A DNA stretch of 64,000 nucleotides from Candidatus Micrarchaeota archaeon (GCA_038046765.1 JBBSVN010000012.1:32001-96000); one strand, 5' to 3'. Positions 38,472 through 48,429 are shown, counted from the stretch's first letter. Program-made: numbers and translations. The notes: generated by a model from the sequence alone, not told the origin.

Positions 38472-39491
38472 CTATGCTAGAATAAAAGTTTGGCCATTCA
38501 TCTTGTTGAACTTCATCAGGGTAATTAGTTTTCCATTTTGGCTCTTTTCTTTTATTATTTTACTTTCAAGAATCTGTTTTTTTAATTCCTTAACTGTATC
38601 ACTATCTGTATGAAGTATCATTATATGTGGTGAGTCCTTAACTCCATGAACCTTTAATAGTGCATCTTCTATTGCTGCAATTGATACTGTAGCTATTTTC
38701 TTACCAAAGTTACTCACGCATATAATTTCGTTTAAATTTCCGTCAAAGATTATTCTGGGGTTGTTTACTAAACCTAGGTCTAGTGGGTCGCTTAAAATAA
38801 TTGTATGTGCATATGCTGCATTCAAATTTACTCCCTGGTTTTTAGCCTTTGTTAATCTGCTGCTTAAACTTCTTTTTAATCCGTTTATACTGTTGCTTGG
38901 TTTACCATCTTTTAGAAATCGTATTGGTTCAAGACTATTTGTAAAATCTGCAAGTACTGGTATTATTGCTGCTTTTTTAGATATTAAAATTTCGTTGTGT
39001 TTTAATTTTTCTACCTGGTTTATTGCATTTGCAGAGTATATATCTTTTGCAAAACTATCCTTTTTACCAATTTCCACGTGACTAATTAAATTATCTATGC
39101 TGTTACTAATTCCTCGGTTATTGCTTTCCTGTGCTTTTAAATCACATTCATAGCACATTAGCGATCCGCAGACAATTACTTCTCCATCTTGTTTTATTCT
39201 GATAAATCCGTTATCCAAATCATCTGTTACTATCTGCCCTGCAGTTTGTATGTTTAAAATTTTTTGTTCTAGGTAATCTGTTAGAATTGTTGGATCAGTG
39301 CGTGGTCCAGTTGATGAAACTAAAACTAAATCATATTCCGCCGGTTTAGCCAAGTTCGCTTTCTTTTGGGTTATTTGCCTTACAAATGCTGCGTTTCCTG
39401 CAATTAACAAATCAAGCGATTCTTTTACTAAAATTGGTTGCTGCGTTTGTACTTTCTTCATTACGACATCGAGTAATACCATCGAACGCAC
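38472..39491 (-). CDS. Degenerate tandem beta-carbonic-anhydrase-like paralog
   Basis: LIAGNAAFV; STGPR replaces CxDxR; GSLMC replaces GHxxC; shares YAH.IILSDP.DLG and NLNE blocks with its neighbour. Confidence 0.7.
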   Translation of the reverse strand: MRSMVLLDVVMKKVQTQQPILVKESLDLLIAGNAAFVRQITQKKANLAKPAEYDLVLVSSTGPRTDPTILTDYLEQKILNIQTAGQIVTDDLDNGFIRIKQDGEVIVCGSLMCYECDLKAQESNNRGISNSIDNLISHVEIGKKDSFAKDIYSANAINQVEKLKHNEILISKKAAIIPVLADFTNSLEPIRFLKDGKPSNSINGLKRSLSSRLTKAKNQGVNLNAAYAHTIILSDPLDLGLVNNPRIIFDGNLNEIICVSNFGKKIATVSIAAIEDALLKVHGVKDSPHIMILHTDSDTVKELKKQILESKIIKEKSQNGKLITLMKFNKMNGQTFILA

Positions 39492-39583
39492 CTCTGGTGG
39501 ATAATTAGTACTTTATAGTAATAGCTTATGCTAGTAAAGAATTAAAAAAAGGAAAGATTAAATTATTTGAAAAATATTTAAAA

Positions 39584-40126
39584 TTATTTTCTCATTTTCT
39601 TGGATTTTTCCTCTAAGATCATTCCCGCTTTAAGAAGTCCTGCCAGAAGTTGATACGGGTTAGGTGGGTTTCCAGGTACATTTACATCAACTGGTACAGT
39701 ATCTTCAACTTTTCCGCTTCCAGCTAATGCATAACTACCTTGATATGGAAAACCCGTAACTGCACCATCTCCTGCTGCGACAACTACGCGCGGGTCTGCC
39801 ATCGCATCATAACTTTTCTCAAGTGCAAGTTTCATATTCATTGTAACTGGACCTGTAACAATAATTACATCTGCATGCCTTGGCGAGGCTACATAGTGGA
39901 TTCCAAATCTTTCTGCATCTACACGCGGGTTCATCATCATCTGTTCTTCAAGTTCGACATCGTTTGGCGAACCAGCGTCAACCATTCTAACGTGTATTGA
40001 CTGCGCAAAAGGGTTAAGACTGCGTTTTTTAAGTAGTTCTGCAACCTCTCTAATATCTGGGTCATCTGAATTAGGATCTATACGGTCCGGATATTTTTCA
40101 AAAAGGAATTTGAATATTTCAAACAT
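39584..40126 (-). CDS. Ehr/HycG/NuoB-like small subunit lacking all Cys ligands
   Basis: DAERFGI, SPRHAD, VTGPVT, PVDVNVPGNPP; no Cys in 180 aa. Confidence 0.9.
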   Translation of the reverse strand: MFEIFKFLFEKYPDRIDPNSDDPDIREVAELLKKRSLNPFAQSIHVRMVDAGSPNDVELEEQMMMNPRVDAERFGIHYVASPRHADVIIVTGPVTMNMKLALEKSYDAMADPRVVVAAGDGAVTGFPYQGSYALAGSGKVEDTVPVDVNVPGNPPNPYQLLAGLLKAGMILEEKSKKMRK

Positions 40127-40135
40127 ATTTACACC

Positions 40136-41692
40136 TCACAAATCAGTACCTGCGTAAGACATATTAAAGCTTTTATTTATAAGCGGGAAATCTGGCACAA
40201 TATTTCCAGGAACTAAATTTTCCGCGCCACGCCAGTTACGAAAAGATGCTGTCCTGCATCTAAAACTTTTTATTGTTCCATTATCCATTAGTTCAATCAT
40301 GAATGTACAAGAACCTCTTGGTGCCTCTGCCCATCCTAAGCTCCATACACTTTTACGCGATTTTGAAACTGGTACTGGTGCAAGAATCTCGCCATTAGGC
40401 ATCTTGGCAATTACTGTCTTTATGATTTCAACTGCTTGTTTTACTTCTGCAATTTTTACTAGGAACCTGCATAATACGTCTCCTCCCTCTTCCTTCTGTT
40501 CGCTAAACTTGACCTTATCATAAAATTCGTAAGGGAAGTATTTTCTTACATCGCAGCTATATCCTGCTGCACGAGCGACAGGTCCAACTAAAGATAATTT
40601 TTGCGCAACCTCTGTTGTAACTATTCCTGTTGAATAAACCCGATCAAGATATGTTGAGTTTGTCAATGTAACTGTTTCAAGTGTGTTTAATCTATTGACA
40701 AAGTTGTCAAGTTCGCTAACTAAAACACTAATTTTAGTCTCATCTAAGTCTGCTTTTACCCCTCCTGGTGTACAAACTCCCCCTAAGAACCTATGGCCAG
40801 TTATTTTATTATTAAGGCGCATCATATCCTCGCGCAAAACGGCGAATCTAGATGCTGCGAAATAAAATCCGACATCTGTTGGCATTCCGCCTAAATCCGA
40901 TAAATGACTGTATATTCTTTCAAGTTCAGCTAAGATCACTCTTATTGCCTGCGCTCGTTCTGGAACTTTTATATCTAGCGCTTTTTCTACCGCTGTACAA
41001 TAGCCGATCATATTCGCAATTCGTTCATCTCCTGAAATCGATTCTATAAGTGGTATTGCTTCGGTTATATTTTTTCCTTCAACTAGTTTCTCAACCCCCC
41101 GATGAAGGTAGAACATTCTTGTTTCAAGTTTGTTTATTGATTCCCCGACCACGCTGAATCTAAAATGTCCTGGTTCGATTATACCTGCGTGAACTGGGCC
41201 AACTGGAATCTGGAATTCACCTTCGGCACCCGTCATCGGCATTTCGTAAACGTAATCTGCATTTTTACCCAATCTTTTCTTCTGACCTTCTATATTTTCT
41301 AATCCGCCATCAGGATGGAAAAGTATTGGACGTGAATCTGGAATGTTATCAAATCTAAGTCCGCTTAAATCCTGCATTTTCCTCTCATCCCATACTGCTG
41401 CGTTAACAACTGCAGAAACTGCATAAAATTCCTTGCCTTCTGCATATAATACTGCGAATGTTTCAAGAGCTGGCACACGAAAAACATATGATGCCTGAAA
41501 GTTTCCTTTTTCTAAATCACTTATAAATGAGCTATCGAATAATGCATTCTCTTTAATCATTTTTTCACTTAAACCTGGCAAATCTTTGGAATTACATTTT
41601 ATCCAGACTATTCCTGATTGTTCAACAGAAGAAATTTTTGCATTAGCAGATGACTCAAGCTGTTTTAAGAATTTTTCTAATTTAGAATCCAT
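40136..41692 (-). CDS. Ehr/HycE-like large subunit (NuoC-NuoD type) without NiFe-binding motifs
   Basis: GPVHAGIIEPGHFRF, HRGVEK, ESISGD, EAPRG, DFPLINKSFNMSYAGTDL. Confidence 0.92.
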   Translation of the reverse strand: MDSKLEKFLKQLESSANAKISSVEQSGIVWIKCNSKDLPGLSEKMIKENALFDSSFISDLEKGNFQASYVFRVPALETFAVLYAEGKEFYAVSAVVNAAVWDERKMQDLSGLRFDNIPDSRPILFHPDGGLENIEGQKKRLGKNADYVYEMPMTGAEGEFQIPVGPVHAGIIEPGHFRFSVVGESINKLETRMFYLHRGVEKLVEGKNITEAIPLIESISGDERIANMIGYCTAVEKALDIKVPERAQAIRVILAELERIYSHLSDLGGMPTDVGFYFAASRFAVLREDMMRLNNKITGHRFLGGVCTPGGVKADLDETKISVLVSELDNFVNRLNTLETVTLTNSTYLDRVYSTGIVTTEVAQKLSLVGPVARAAGYSCDVRKYFPYEFYDKVKFSEQKEEGGDVLCRFLVKIAEVKQAVEIIKTVIAKMPNGEILAPVPVSKSRKSVWSLGWAEAPRGSCTFMIELMDNGTIKSFRCRTASFRNWRGAENLVPGNIVPDFPLINKSFNMSYAGTDL

Positions 41693-41694
41693 AT

Positions 41695-43167
41695 TTAAAC
41701 ACCCCCGATTAAACTACCTGCATCTTTTATTAAATTAAGAACTGGTGCTGGAGGGAACAATGCTAATGCTATTGCAAGAAGCAAAAGCGCAATCACTGAA
41801 AATGACATGTAAGGACTTACTTCTATATGTTTTGGCATTTTTTCCGGCTTATTACCAAAGACCATATCTGAAGCTTTGTAGAGGAAACTTGCAAATGCAA
41901 TTACTGTAAATACGATTACAAAAAGAGCAACTAGGTATTGTCCCTTTGATAATGCGCCTCCTAGAAGTGCAATTTCAGAAAAGAACGTACCAAATGGGAT
42001 ACTTCCAGCCACTCCTAAAACAGCTAGTAAAAATAAAAGTCCAAAAACAGGTACTGCGCTTGCAGCTCCCTTTATATCTGGCATATTTTTAGTGCCATAT
42101 GCATTTGTTATAATTCCACCTAAAAGAAATGCTAATGGTTTAGCTAAAGAATGAGCAAGCATATGGAATAATGCTGCAAAAATTGCTATTGGTCCACCAA
42201 TTCCAGTAGCTAGTACAATAATTCCCATATTCTCTACGCTTGAATATGCTAAAAGTCGCTTAAGGTTATCTTGTGCAAAAAGACGAAGCGCGCCTACAAC
42301 TAGGGAAAGCACGCCAAATAGTATAAATAATCCTGACGCAAAACCTGCAATTTCTGGTGACAAGATTACAATTCCATATACTCTTAATATTCCATAAAGG
42401 GCTATATTTAATATAAGTCCGGATAGTAAAGCACTAACTGGAGTTGGTGCCTGACTGTGCGCATCTGGAAGCCACACATGCAACGGTACAAGACCAACCT
42501 TTGTCCCGTATCCAACTAAAACGAATACGAATGCAAGTTTAAGGTATAGTGGGTTTATTTTGGTAATATCAAACGGTGTTCCGTAAACTGGGGTTTCTAA
42601 ACCTCCCTGTGCAAATGCATAAAATAAAACAAGAATTCCAATAAATGCCAGTGTAAATCCAACAGAATTTATTGTAAAGTATTTCCATGCTGCTTCTATT
42701 GAAGCTTTGGTGTTGTAAAAACTTATCAAAAACACTGATGAGAGTGTTGTAAGTTCAACTGCTGCCCAAACGTGAATTGGGTTTGATGCTAAAAGTCCAG
42801 TTAGCATTGCAGCTAAAAACAGGGAAAGCTGTGCATAAAATCTTGCGAGCCTGTCTTCTTTAATTATTCCTTCTTCTACTTCATGGCGCATATATCCTAC
42901 AGAGTAAATAAATACCAGTAGTGAAACAACTGATGTAATTCCTATTAAAAATGCTGATAATGCATCCATTCTAAGTAGTTCTGAGAAATCTGAAATCGGT
43001 GCCCCGCTACTTATGAAAATTGATATTGAAAATAGTGCTGCACCAACTGCTCCAAGAGCGCCTAAACATGCAACTAATTCTGCAAGTCGCGGGTGTTTAC
43101 CTAAAAATACAGCAATTATTCCTGCAATTACCGGGAAAAGAATAATTAATTCAAGCATAAATATCAC
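41695..43167 (-). CDS. Antiporter-like membrane subunit (HyfF/EhrD-like)
   Basis: EAAWKY, GYGTKVGLVPLHVWLPDAHSQAP, KRLLAYSSVENMG. Confidence 0.9.
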   Translation of the reverse strand: MIFMLELIILFPVIAGIIAVFLGKHPRLAELVACLGALGAVGAALFSISIFISSGAPISDFSELLRMDALSAFLIGITSVVSLLVFIYSVGYMRHEVEEGIIKEDRLARFYAQLSLFLAAMLTGLLASNPIHVWAAVELTTLSSVFLISFYNTKASIEAAWKYFTINSVGFTLAFIGILVLFYAFAQGGLETPVYGTPFDITKINPLYLKLAFVFVLVGYGTKVGLVPLHVWLPDAHSQAPTPVSALLSGLILNIALYGILRVYGIVILSPEIAGFASGLFILFGVLSLVVGALRLFAQDNLKRLLAYSSVENMGIIVLATGIGGPIAIFAALFHMLAHSLAKPLAFLLGGIITNAYGTKNMPDIKGAASAVPVFGLLFLLAVLGVAGSIPFGTFFSEIALLGGALSKGQYLVALFVIVFTVIAFASFLYKASDMVFGNKPEKMPKHIEVSPYMSFSVIALLLLAIALALFPPAPVLNLIKDAGSLIGGV

Positions 43168-44840
43168 CTTTTTTCATTAAGTTCAGCAAGTTCTCCAGTG
43201 TCAACGGTTTTCGCAATACTCTGGATTTTAAGCGCTAAAACTACTGATACAACTACCAATACCAATATATCAAAAAGCGTAATTGCTTCGGATATAAGCG
43301 GGATGTCCACACCAAGCGCAACTGGTAAAAGTACAATTCCGTTTTCCATTATCAAAAATCCTAACATCTGTAAAAGAATGTGCGTTTTTGTTGAAATAAT
43401 TAAAAGACCTATTAAAATTATTGAAAGTGCAATTGGTAAAACTATTCCTGCAGTCAGGCTTGAACCCACTAAAAATGATACGGAAATAAGTAACACTGAA
43501 ATTACTAATGCTGTCGTAGTTGTAACTGGCGCATCGATAAATAATGGGTCGATATCGATTAAGCTTCTTAATTTCACATTCGTGTGCTTTAGTACATCGG
43601 TTATTCCCTCTGGTGTGAGGTTCGTTTTATCAAGTAAATTCTCTCCTTTTGCCATCTGGTTAAAAATTCGATATATCAAAAGCGGTAAAATTATTACCTT
43701 TAAAATTACTGTAATGCCTAGTCTTAAATAGCTGTCAACTGAACCTGTTTTAACTGCTATAAGTGCAAAAATTATTCCAAGTGCAACGTTTTGCAATAAA
43801 TATATCTCTATTCTTCTTTTGAACGTCGCTCCAAAAAGGAAATATAAATTGCTTATTAGCATTACGCAAAGTAATATTGGGACTGTACCGTTTGCGTTTG
43901 GGTCTGGATTAATATGTATTAAAAATGCGAATACTGCCAAATTCAAGGCAAAGACAAGAAGCTCGGCAACTTTAAATAATCTGACCTTGACGCTAAATGA
44001 TTCAACTATTGCTGTAATTACTCCCAAAACTAGTACTGTTGCTAAAATTGCGGCTGTTCGGGATATCGGGTCGCTAAATAATGCAAGCGGAAAAAATAAA
44101 TTTGCAAAAAGCGTGAAAAATAAAAACATTTTTGAAGCTTGCGCCCATTCTATAAGTCCAAGGCTTGGGCCAGAATTTTCAAGAATCATTGCCTCGTGGA
44201 CCATTGTTAGTTCTAGGTGTGTAGCTGGGTTATCAAAAGGAAGTCTGCCCATTTCAGCTAGCATCAATATAAATAATGCGGCAGCTGCTAAATAAAATGT
44301 TGGCGAACTAAGAATTCCGAACCAGTTGTTTGGTCCATTTGCAGTGAATATCATTAAGTTGGTACTTCCTGAAAATAATACTAAAAATAAAATTGCTGCA
44401 AAAAGGACTGGTTCAATTAAAACAGAATATAATGATTCCCTGCTTGAGCCTAATCCTCCAAATGCGCTAGCTGCATCCAGGCCAGATAAGATTACTACAA
44501 ATCTGCCTATTGCAAAAAGATAAACGAATATTATTATGTCTGCTACAAATGGCGGAACTGCGGTAAATATTGGTAAAAGTAATGTTGCAGCTACTGTTGA
44601 AACAAAAATAAAAATCGGTGTCGCTAAAAAGATCCATGAACTAATATCGCTTCTAACTGTTCCTTTACTAAATAATTTTACAAGGTCGAAATATGGTTGT
44701 ATTATTGAAGATCCGCTCCTACCCTGACAATATGCTTTGACTTTTCTTATGACTCCAACTAGGAGCGGTGAAAGCGCAAAAACAAATAAAATCTGTACAA
44801 TCATTCCTAAAACTGAAGATATCATTGTCATAAATATCAC
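43164..44840 (-). CDS. Fusion of HyfC (NuoH-like) and HyfE-like membrane subunits
   Basis: N-terminal QPYFDL, GSSRE, RLPFDNPATHLELTMVHEAM; C-terminal GFLIMENG. Confidence 0.85.
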   Translation of the reverse strand: MIFMTMISSVLGMIVQILFVFALSPLLVGVIRKVKAYCQGRSGSSIIQPYFDLVKLFSKGTVRSDISSWIFLATPIFIFVSTVAATLLLPIFTAVPPFVADIIIFVYLFAIGRFVVILSGLDAASAFGGLGSSRESLYSVLIEPVLFAAILFLVLFSGSTNLMIFTANGPNNWFGILSSPTFYLAAAALFILMLAEMGRLPFDNPATHLELTMVHEAMILENSGPSLGLIEWAQASKMFLFFTLFANLFFPLALFSDPISRTAAILATVLVLGVITAIVESFSVKVRLFKVAELLVFALNLAVFAFLIHINPDPNANGTVPILLCVMLISNLYFLFGATFKRRIEIYLLQNVALGIIFALIAVKTGSVDSYLRLGITVILKVIILPLLIYRIFNQMAKGENLLDKTNLTPEGITDVLKHTNVKLRSLIDIDPLFIDAPVTTTTALVISVLLISVSFLVGSSLTAGIVLPIALSIILIGLLIISTKTHILLQMLGFLIMENGIVLLPVALGVDIPLISEAITLFDILVLVVVSVVLALKIQSIAKTVDTGELAELNEKR

Positions 44841-46816
44841 ACCATAACTGCGTAAATAAGAATTGCAACCATGACAAATAGCATGTACATCAAGTAATGT
44901 AATAATTTTCCTGTCTGGAATATTGAAGACCTGGACGAAATTGCTCTAAATCCATTTTCTATTGGCTTATAAATAACTGCCTCGAAAAATGCAGGCCCAT
45001 ACGCATTCTTTTCTGTATTAAGCGGATTAAGCCATCTGTTTAATGCCCTTTGAATTGGCATTGAAATTCCTATTGGGGTATATTCCATTTTTGATTCTAC
45101 TTTATGTATTCCGCAATCCCATGTAACCCTAGTAACATCATTTGCTTTTGTAAATGCTCGAATAATCCAGAGGAATGCAAAAACTGCAATTGTCGCCCCT
45201 AATAAAACCAATACGATTCCAAATGAAGGAAGGGTAAATACAACTTTTGATGTTGCGCTCATATCGCTAATATTTAACTTTGCAAACATCGGGCTAATTA
45301 TCGAAAATATTATTGTTGGGAAAACTCCCGCTATAATACACGCAATTACTAGTATGATCATTCCTATGTGCATTAACGAACCTACTTCTTTAGCGTGTTC
45401 AACATGTTCGCTTCTAGGTAATCCTAAAAATACCATTCCAAATGCCTTAACAAAAGCTGCTAATGCCAGTGCACTTGTAAATGCGAGGACTAAAACAACT
45501 GCACCAAATAAGAATGCAATTAATTTAGGAAGTGCTAATCCTGACAAAAGTGCCTGGAACATAGTCCATTCGCTTGCAAAACCATTTAATGGTGGCAAAG
45601 CAGAAATTGCTGCTACGCCGACAAAGAACAAAATTGCAACTACTGGTAGTTTCTTTATCAACCCACCCATTGCGTTCATGTCTTTAGTGTGTGTTGCGTA
45701 AGCAACTGCTCCTGCTCCTGTAAATAAAAGACTTTTGAAAAGCGCGTGATTTAATGAATGGTAAAGTGCTGCAAATAATGCTAATGCTGCTAATGCGTCC
45801 ATGTTTAAACTATGAAATAATACTGCAGCTCCAATTCCTAAGAAGATAATTCCTATGTTTTCTACACTTGAATAAGCGAGAAGTCGTTTTAAATCTTTTT
45901 GAATTATCGCATATAATACTCCGAATACGCAGGACACTGCTGCTAATAATAATAATAAAATTCCCCACCAGAAATGGAATGGAGTTGCACCTAAAAAGTC
46001 AAATAATACCCGAATTATTCCGTAAATTGCTACTTTTAACATTACTGCGCTCATTAAAGCGGATATATTACTTGGTGCCTGGGGGTGTGCTTCTGGTAAC
46101 CATGTATGAAATGGCATTAAACCAGCTTTTGATGTAAACGCGATTACTGCCAACACAAAAATGATACTTGCTAACATGGGTGTTAAACTAATTGTTCTAA
46201 ATCCGGCAAAGTCCATGTTTCCTGAAAATCCAGTGAAAACCAGGAACATTAAAATTAATGCAACTGCACCGATATGCGTTATTAGTAAGTATATAAAACC
46301 AGCATCTTTTGTTTTTGCTTCCTTGCTTTCATATGTTACAAGGAAAAATGAGCTAAGTGCCATTAGTTCCCAAAAAATTAAAAAAAGAAGACCGTTTTGA
46401 GAAGTTACAACTGCAATCATAGACAAAATAAAAATATTATAAAGAAAACCAAATAACGCGTTACTATATCCTTTTTCCTGGTACTCTTTCATGTAATCTA
46501 TTGAATATATCGAAACTGCTAGTCCAACTAAAGAAATTAATAATATGAAAAATCCAGAAAGCGCGTCAATACTAAAAGTTAAATTTCCAATCGGGGCAAA
46601 ATTTCCCAAGTTTAATGGTGCAATATTTGTGCCCATCATTACCATAAGCCCAGCTATTACTCCAATAATGCAACCTAAGATTGCAAATAAAAATGAAAGT
46701 TGCCTGCATAAATTTTTCCATTTGGATAAAACAAGCGACACTAAAGAACCAAATAAAAATAAAACAAAAAGGCCTAATAAACTCTGAGCGGTAAAAAGTT
46801 CAATCAAATTAACCAT
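44837..46816 (-). CDS. Antiporter-like membrane subunit (HyfB/EhrA-like)
   Basis: FWELM, KAGLMPFHTWLPEAHP, AYSSVENIG, PPLNGFASEW, WDCG. Confidence 0.92.
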   Translation of the reverse strand: MVNLIELFTAQSLLGLFVLFLFGSLVSLVLSKWKNLCRQLSFLFAILGCIIGVIAGLMVMMGTNIAPLNLGNFAPIGNLTFSIDALSGFFILLISLVGLAVSIYSIDYMKEYQEKGYSNALFGFLYNIFILSMIAVVTSQNGLLFLIFWELMALSSFFLVTYESKEAKTKDAGFIYLLITHIGAVALILMFLVFTGFSGNMDFAGFRTISLTPMLASIIFVLAVIAFTSKAGLMPFHTWLPEAHPQAPSNISALMSAVMLKVAIYGIIRVLFDFLGATPFHFWWGILLLLLAAVSCVFGVLYAIIQKDLKRLLAYSSVENIGIIFLGIGAAVLFHSLNMDALAALALFAALYHSLNHALFKSLLFTGAGAVAYATHTKDMNAMGGLIKKLPVVAILFFVGVAAISALPPLNGFASEWTMFQALLSGLALPKLIAFLFGAVVLVLAFTSALALAAFVKAFGMVFLGLPRSEHVEHAKEVGSLMHIGMIILVIACIIAGVFPTIIFSIISPMFAKLNISDMSATSKVVFTLPSFGIVLVLLGATIAVFAFLWIIRAFTKANDVTRVTWDCGIHKVESKMEYTPIGISMPIQRALNRWLNPLNTEKNAYGPAFFEAVIYKPIENGFRAISSRSSIFQTGKLLHYLMYMLFVMVAILIYAVMV

Positions 46817-47184
46817 ATTCTAACCTACAGTTGGATTTTTTTGAATAATACCTAATACTTAGAAAGGTAAGTTTTTAAATTAAACACTTGGGCGTTTCGA
46901 GCTAAAAATTAGATTTTTTATATCTCGTTTATTCTAAAATCAATCAAAATCAAGATACGGTATCCAAACTAAATATATTTGGAACTGCTTATAAATACTT
47001 CGCTGATAAATCGCCACTAACTACAATTAAAAAGACAATGCATCAAAGTTTTATAAAATCGATAAACGAATTGAAAATAAAAATTAAAATTTGTGTATCA
47101 TCAATTTAACATAGGTTTATAAACACTTTTAGACAGAAATTATCATATATCTTTCAAACAAGTAAAATAAAACAAGGCAAGAAA

Positions 47185-48420
47185 ATGTCTGTAGATTTAA
47201 GAAGAATTAGTCACAAACTTAAATTAAGCGAAATGGATATAAGTGCAATCCCAAGTCTGCGTAGATCTACTACCCCGTTATCTATTCCTCAGTCTGCTTT
47301 TGAAATATTTCGTGGCTTTAGCCTATTTAATGAAAGGATTAGGCCAACTAAACTTCTAGGTGTACGTTTTGAACGAGTTGCTGGTCAGGCCTTTGACAAA
47401 AAGGATTTGCATTCCAGGGAAGCTATAAGAAGAAATTTATTAAGCATAAAACAAAAAGGTGCATTTTTAATTTTAGGTCATGGTGGGGAAATTGGTTGTG
47501 GTGCAATTAAGGGAAAGCAAAATCCAAATCCATCCCAACCTCAATTAGTAAAAGATTTAGTTGAGCATATATCCGAAAGAGTCATAGGATTAGATGATTT
47601 GCAGTATGCTGCTTCTATAGAAAATGCTTTATTTCAAGGCATAAAAATTTTACACGATCCTGAATTTGCAGCAATAATTAAAGAAAAAGATATTACTGTT
47701 GTTTATGCTGTTTGCAATGGTGATGCCAACTATTCCTATAATGCCTTAAATAAAGGGCTTAATGAAAATGCACTTCTATTTAAGCACCCAAAGTTACAGC
47801 AATTAAGAGAACAGTTCCAGCATGGGTTAGCTAAAGTTTCAGAATTTGGCATAGATCTTAAGAAACAGTATGCTTATGCTGCATTTGGTTATGATCCAGC
47901 TGAACTTGCATCTGTAATAGATAAATATAGCACTGAAATCGAACTAGGGGGGGTATGCTGTGTTGATTCAAGACTTCCACCACATACTGGTGTTTACTAT
48001 TTACTTCGAATTGAACCAAATGAAGCCTTTTCAGGAACATTTCATCATTCAATTAGGCCTGATGGTGTTTATCAACCAATAATTTCTAAATTAGCGGCTG
48101 GGAGTATAGAATTTGGTCTTCAAAATGTTTGTGGAATAAATAGTCTAAATCCCGATAATCCTGGAAATGGGCATTTAGTTATGCTTGCAACTAGTCTAGC
48201 TAATGCAAGAAAAATGAAAGAAACTGTACTTCAATTCTCTGGTACTGCTCGCGCAACAAAAGATGGAAAAACAATTTCACTACTTAGTTTTGATGGAAAA
48301 GAGTTAGTAATGCAAAATGATTCTCTTGGTTTTGATTTGGTTGCATCTTATGATTCTCCCGCTCAAATACTTACGCGACCTCCATCTGAATTTGCAGAAC
48401 TTATGGATCAACGAGCCTAG
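47185..48420 (+). CDS. Rearranged beta-carbonic-anhydrase-like protein
   Basis: RVAGQ and GHGGEIGCGA in the N-half; CVDSR and GSIEFGL...GHLVML in the C-half. Confidence 0.7.
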   Translation: MSVDLRRISHKLKLSEMDISAIPSLRRSTTPLSIPQSAFEIFRGFSLFNERIRPTKLLGVRFERVAGQAFDKKDLHSREAIRRNLLSIKQKGAFLILGHGGEIGCGAIKGKQNPNPSQPQLVKDLVEHISERVIGLDDLQYAASIENALFQGIKILHDPEFAAIIKEKDITVVYAVCNGDANYSYNALNKGLNENALLFKHPKLQQLREQFQHGLAKVSEFGIDLKKQYAYAAFGYDPAELASVIDKYSTEIELGGVCCVDSRLPPHTGVYYLLRIEPNEAFSGTFHHSIRPDGVYQPIISKLAAGSIEFGLQNVCGINSLNPDNPGNGHLVMLATSLANARKMKETVLQFSGTARATKDGKTISLLSFDGKELVMQNDSLGFDLVASYDSPAQILTRPPSEFAELMDQRA

Positions 48421-48429
48421 AATAAGTAA

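Noticed and set aside
39584..46816. Calling the operon a group 4 [NiFe] hydrogenase or NADH dehydrogenase
   Set aside because: No L1/L2 CxxC motifs, no Fe-S cysteines in the small subunit, and no maturation or NuoEFG genes in the window
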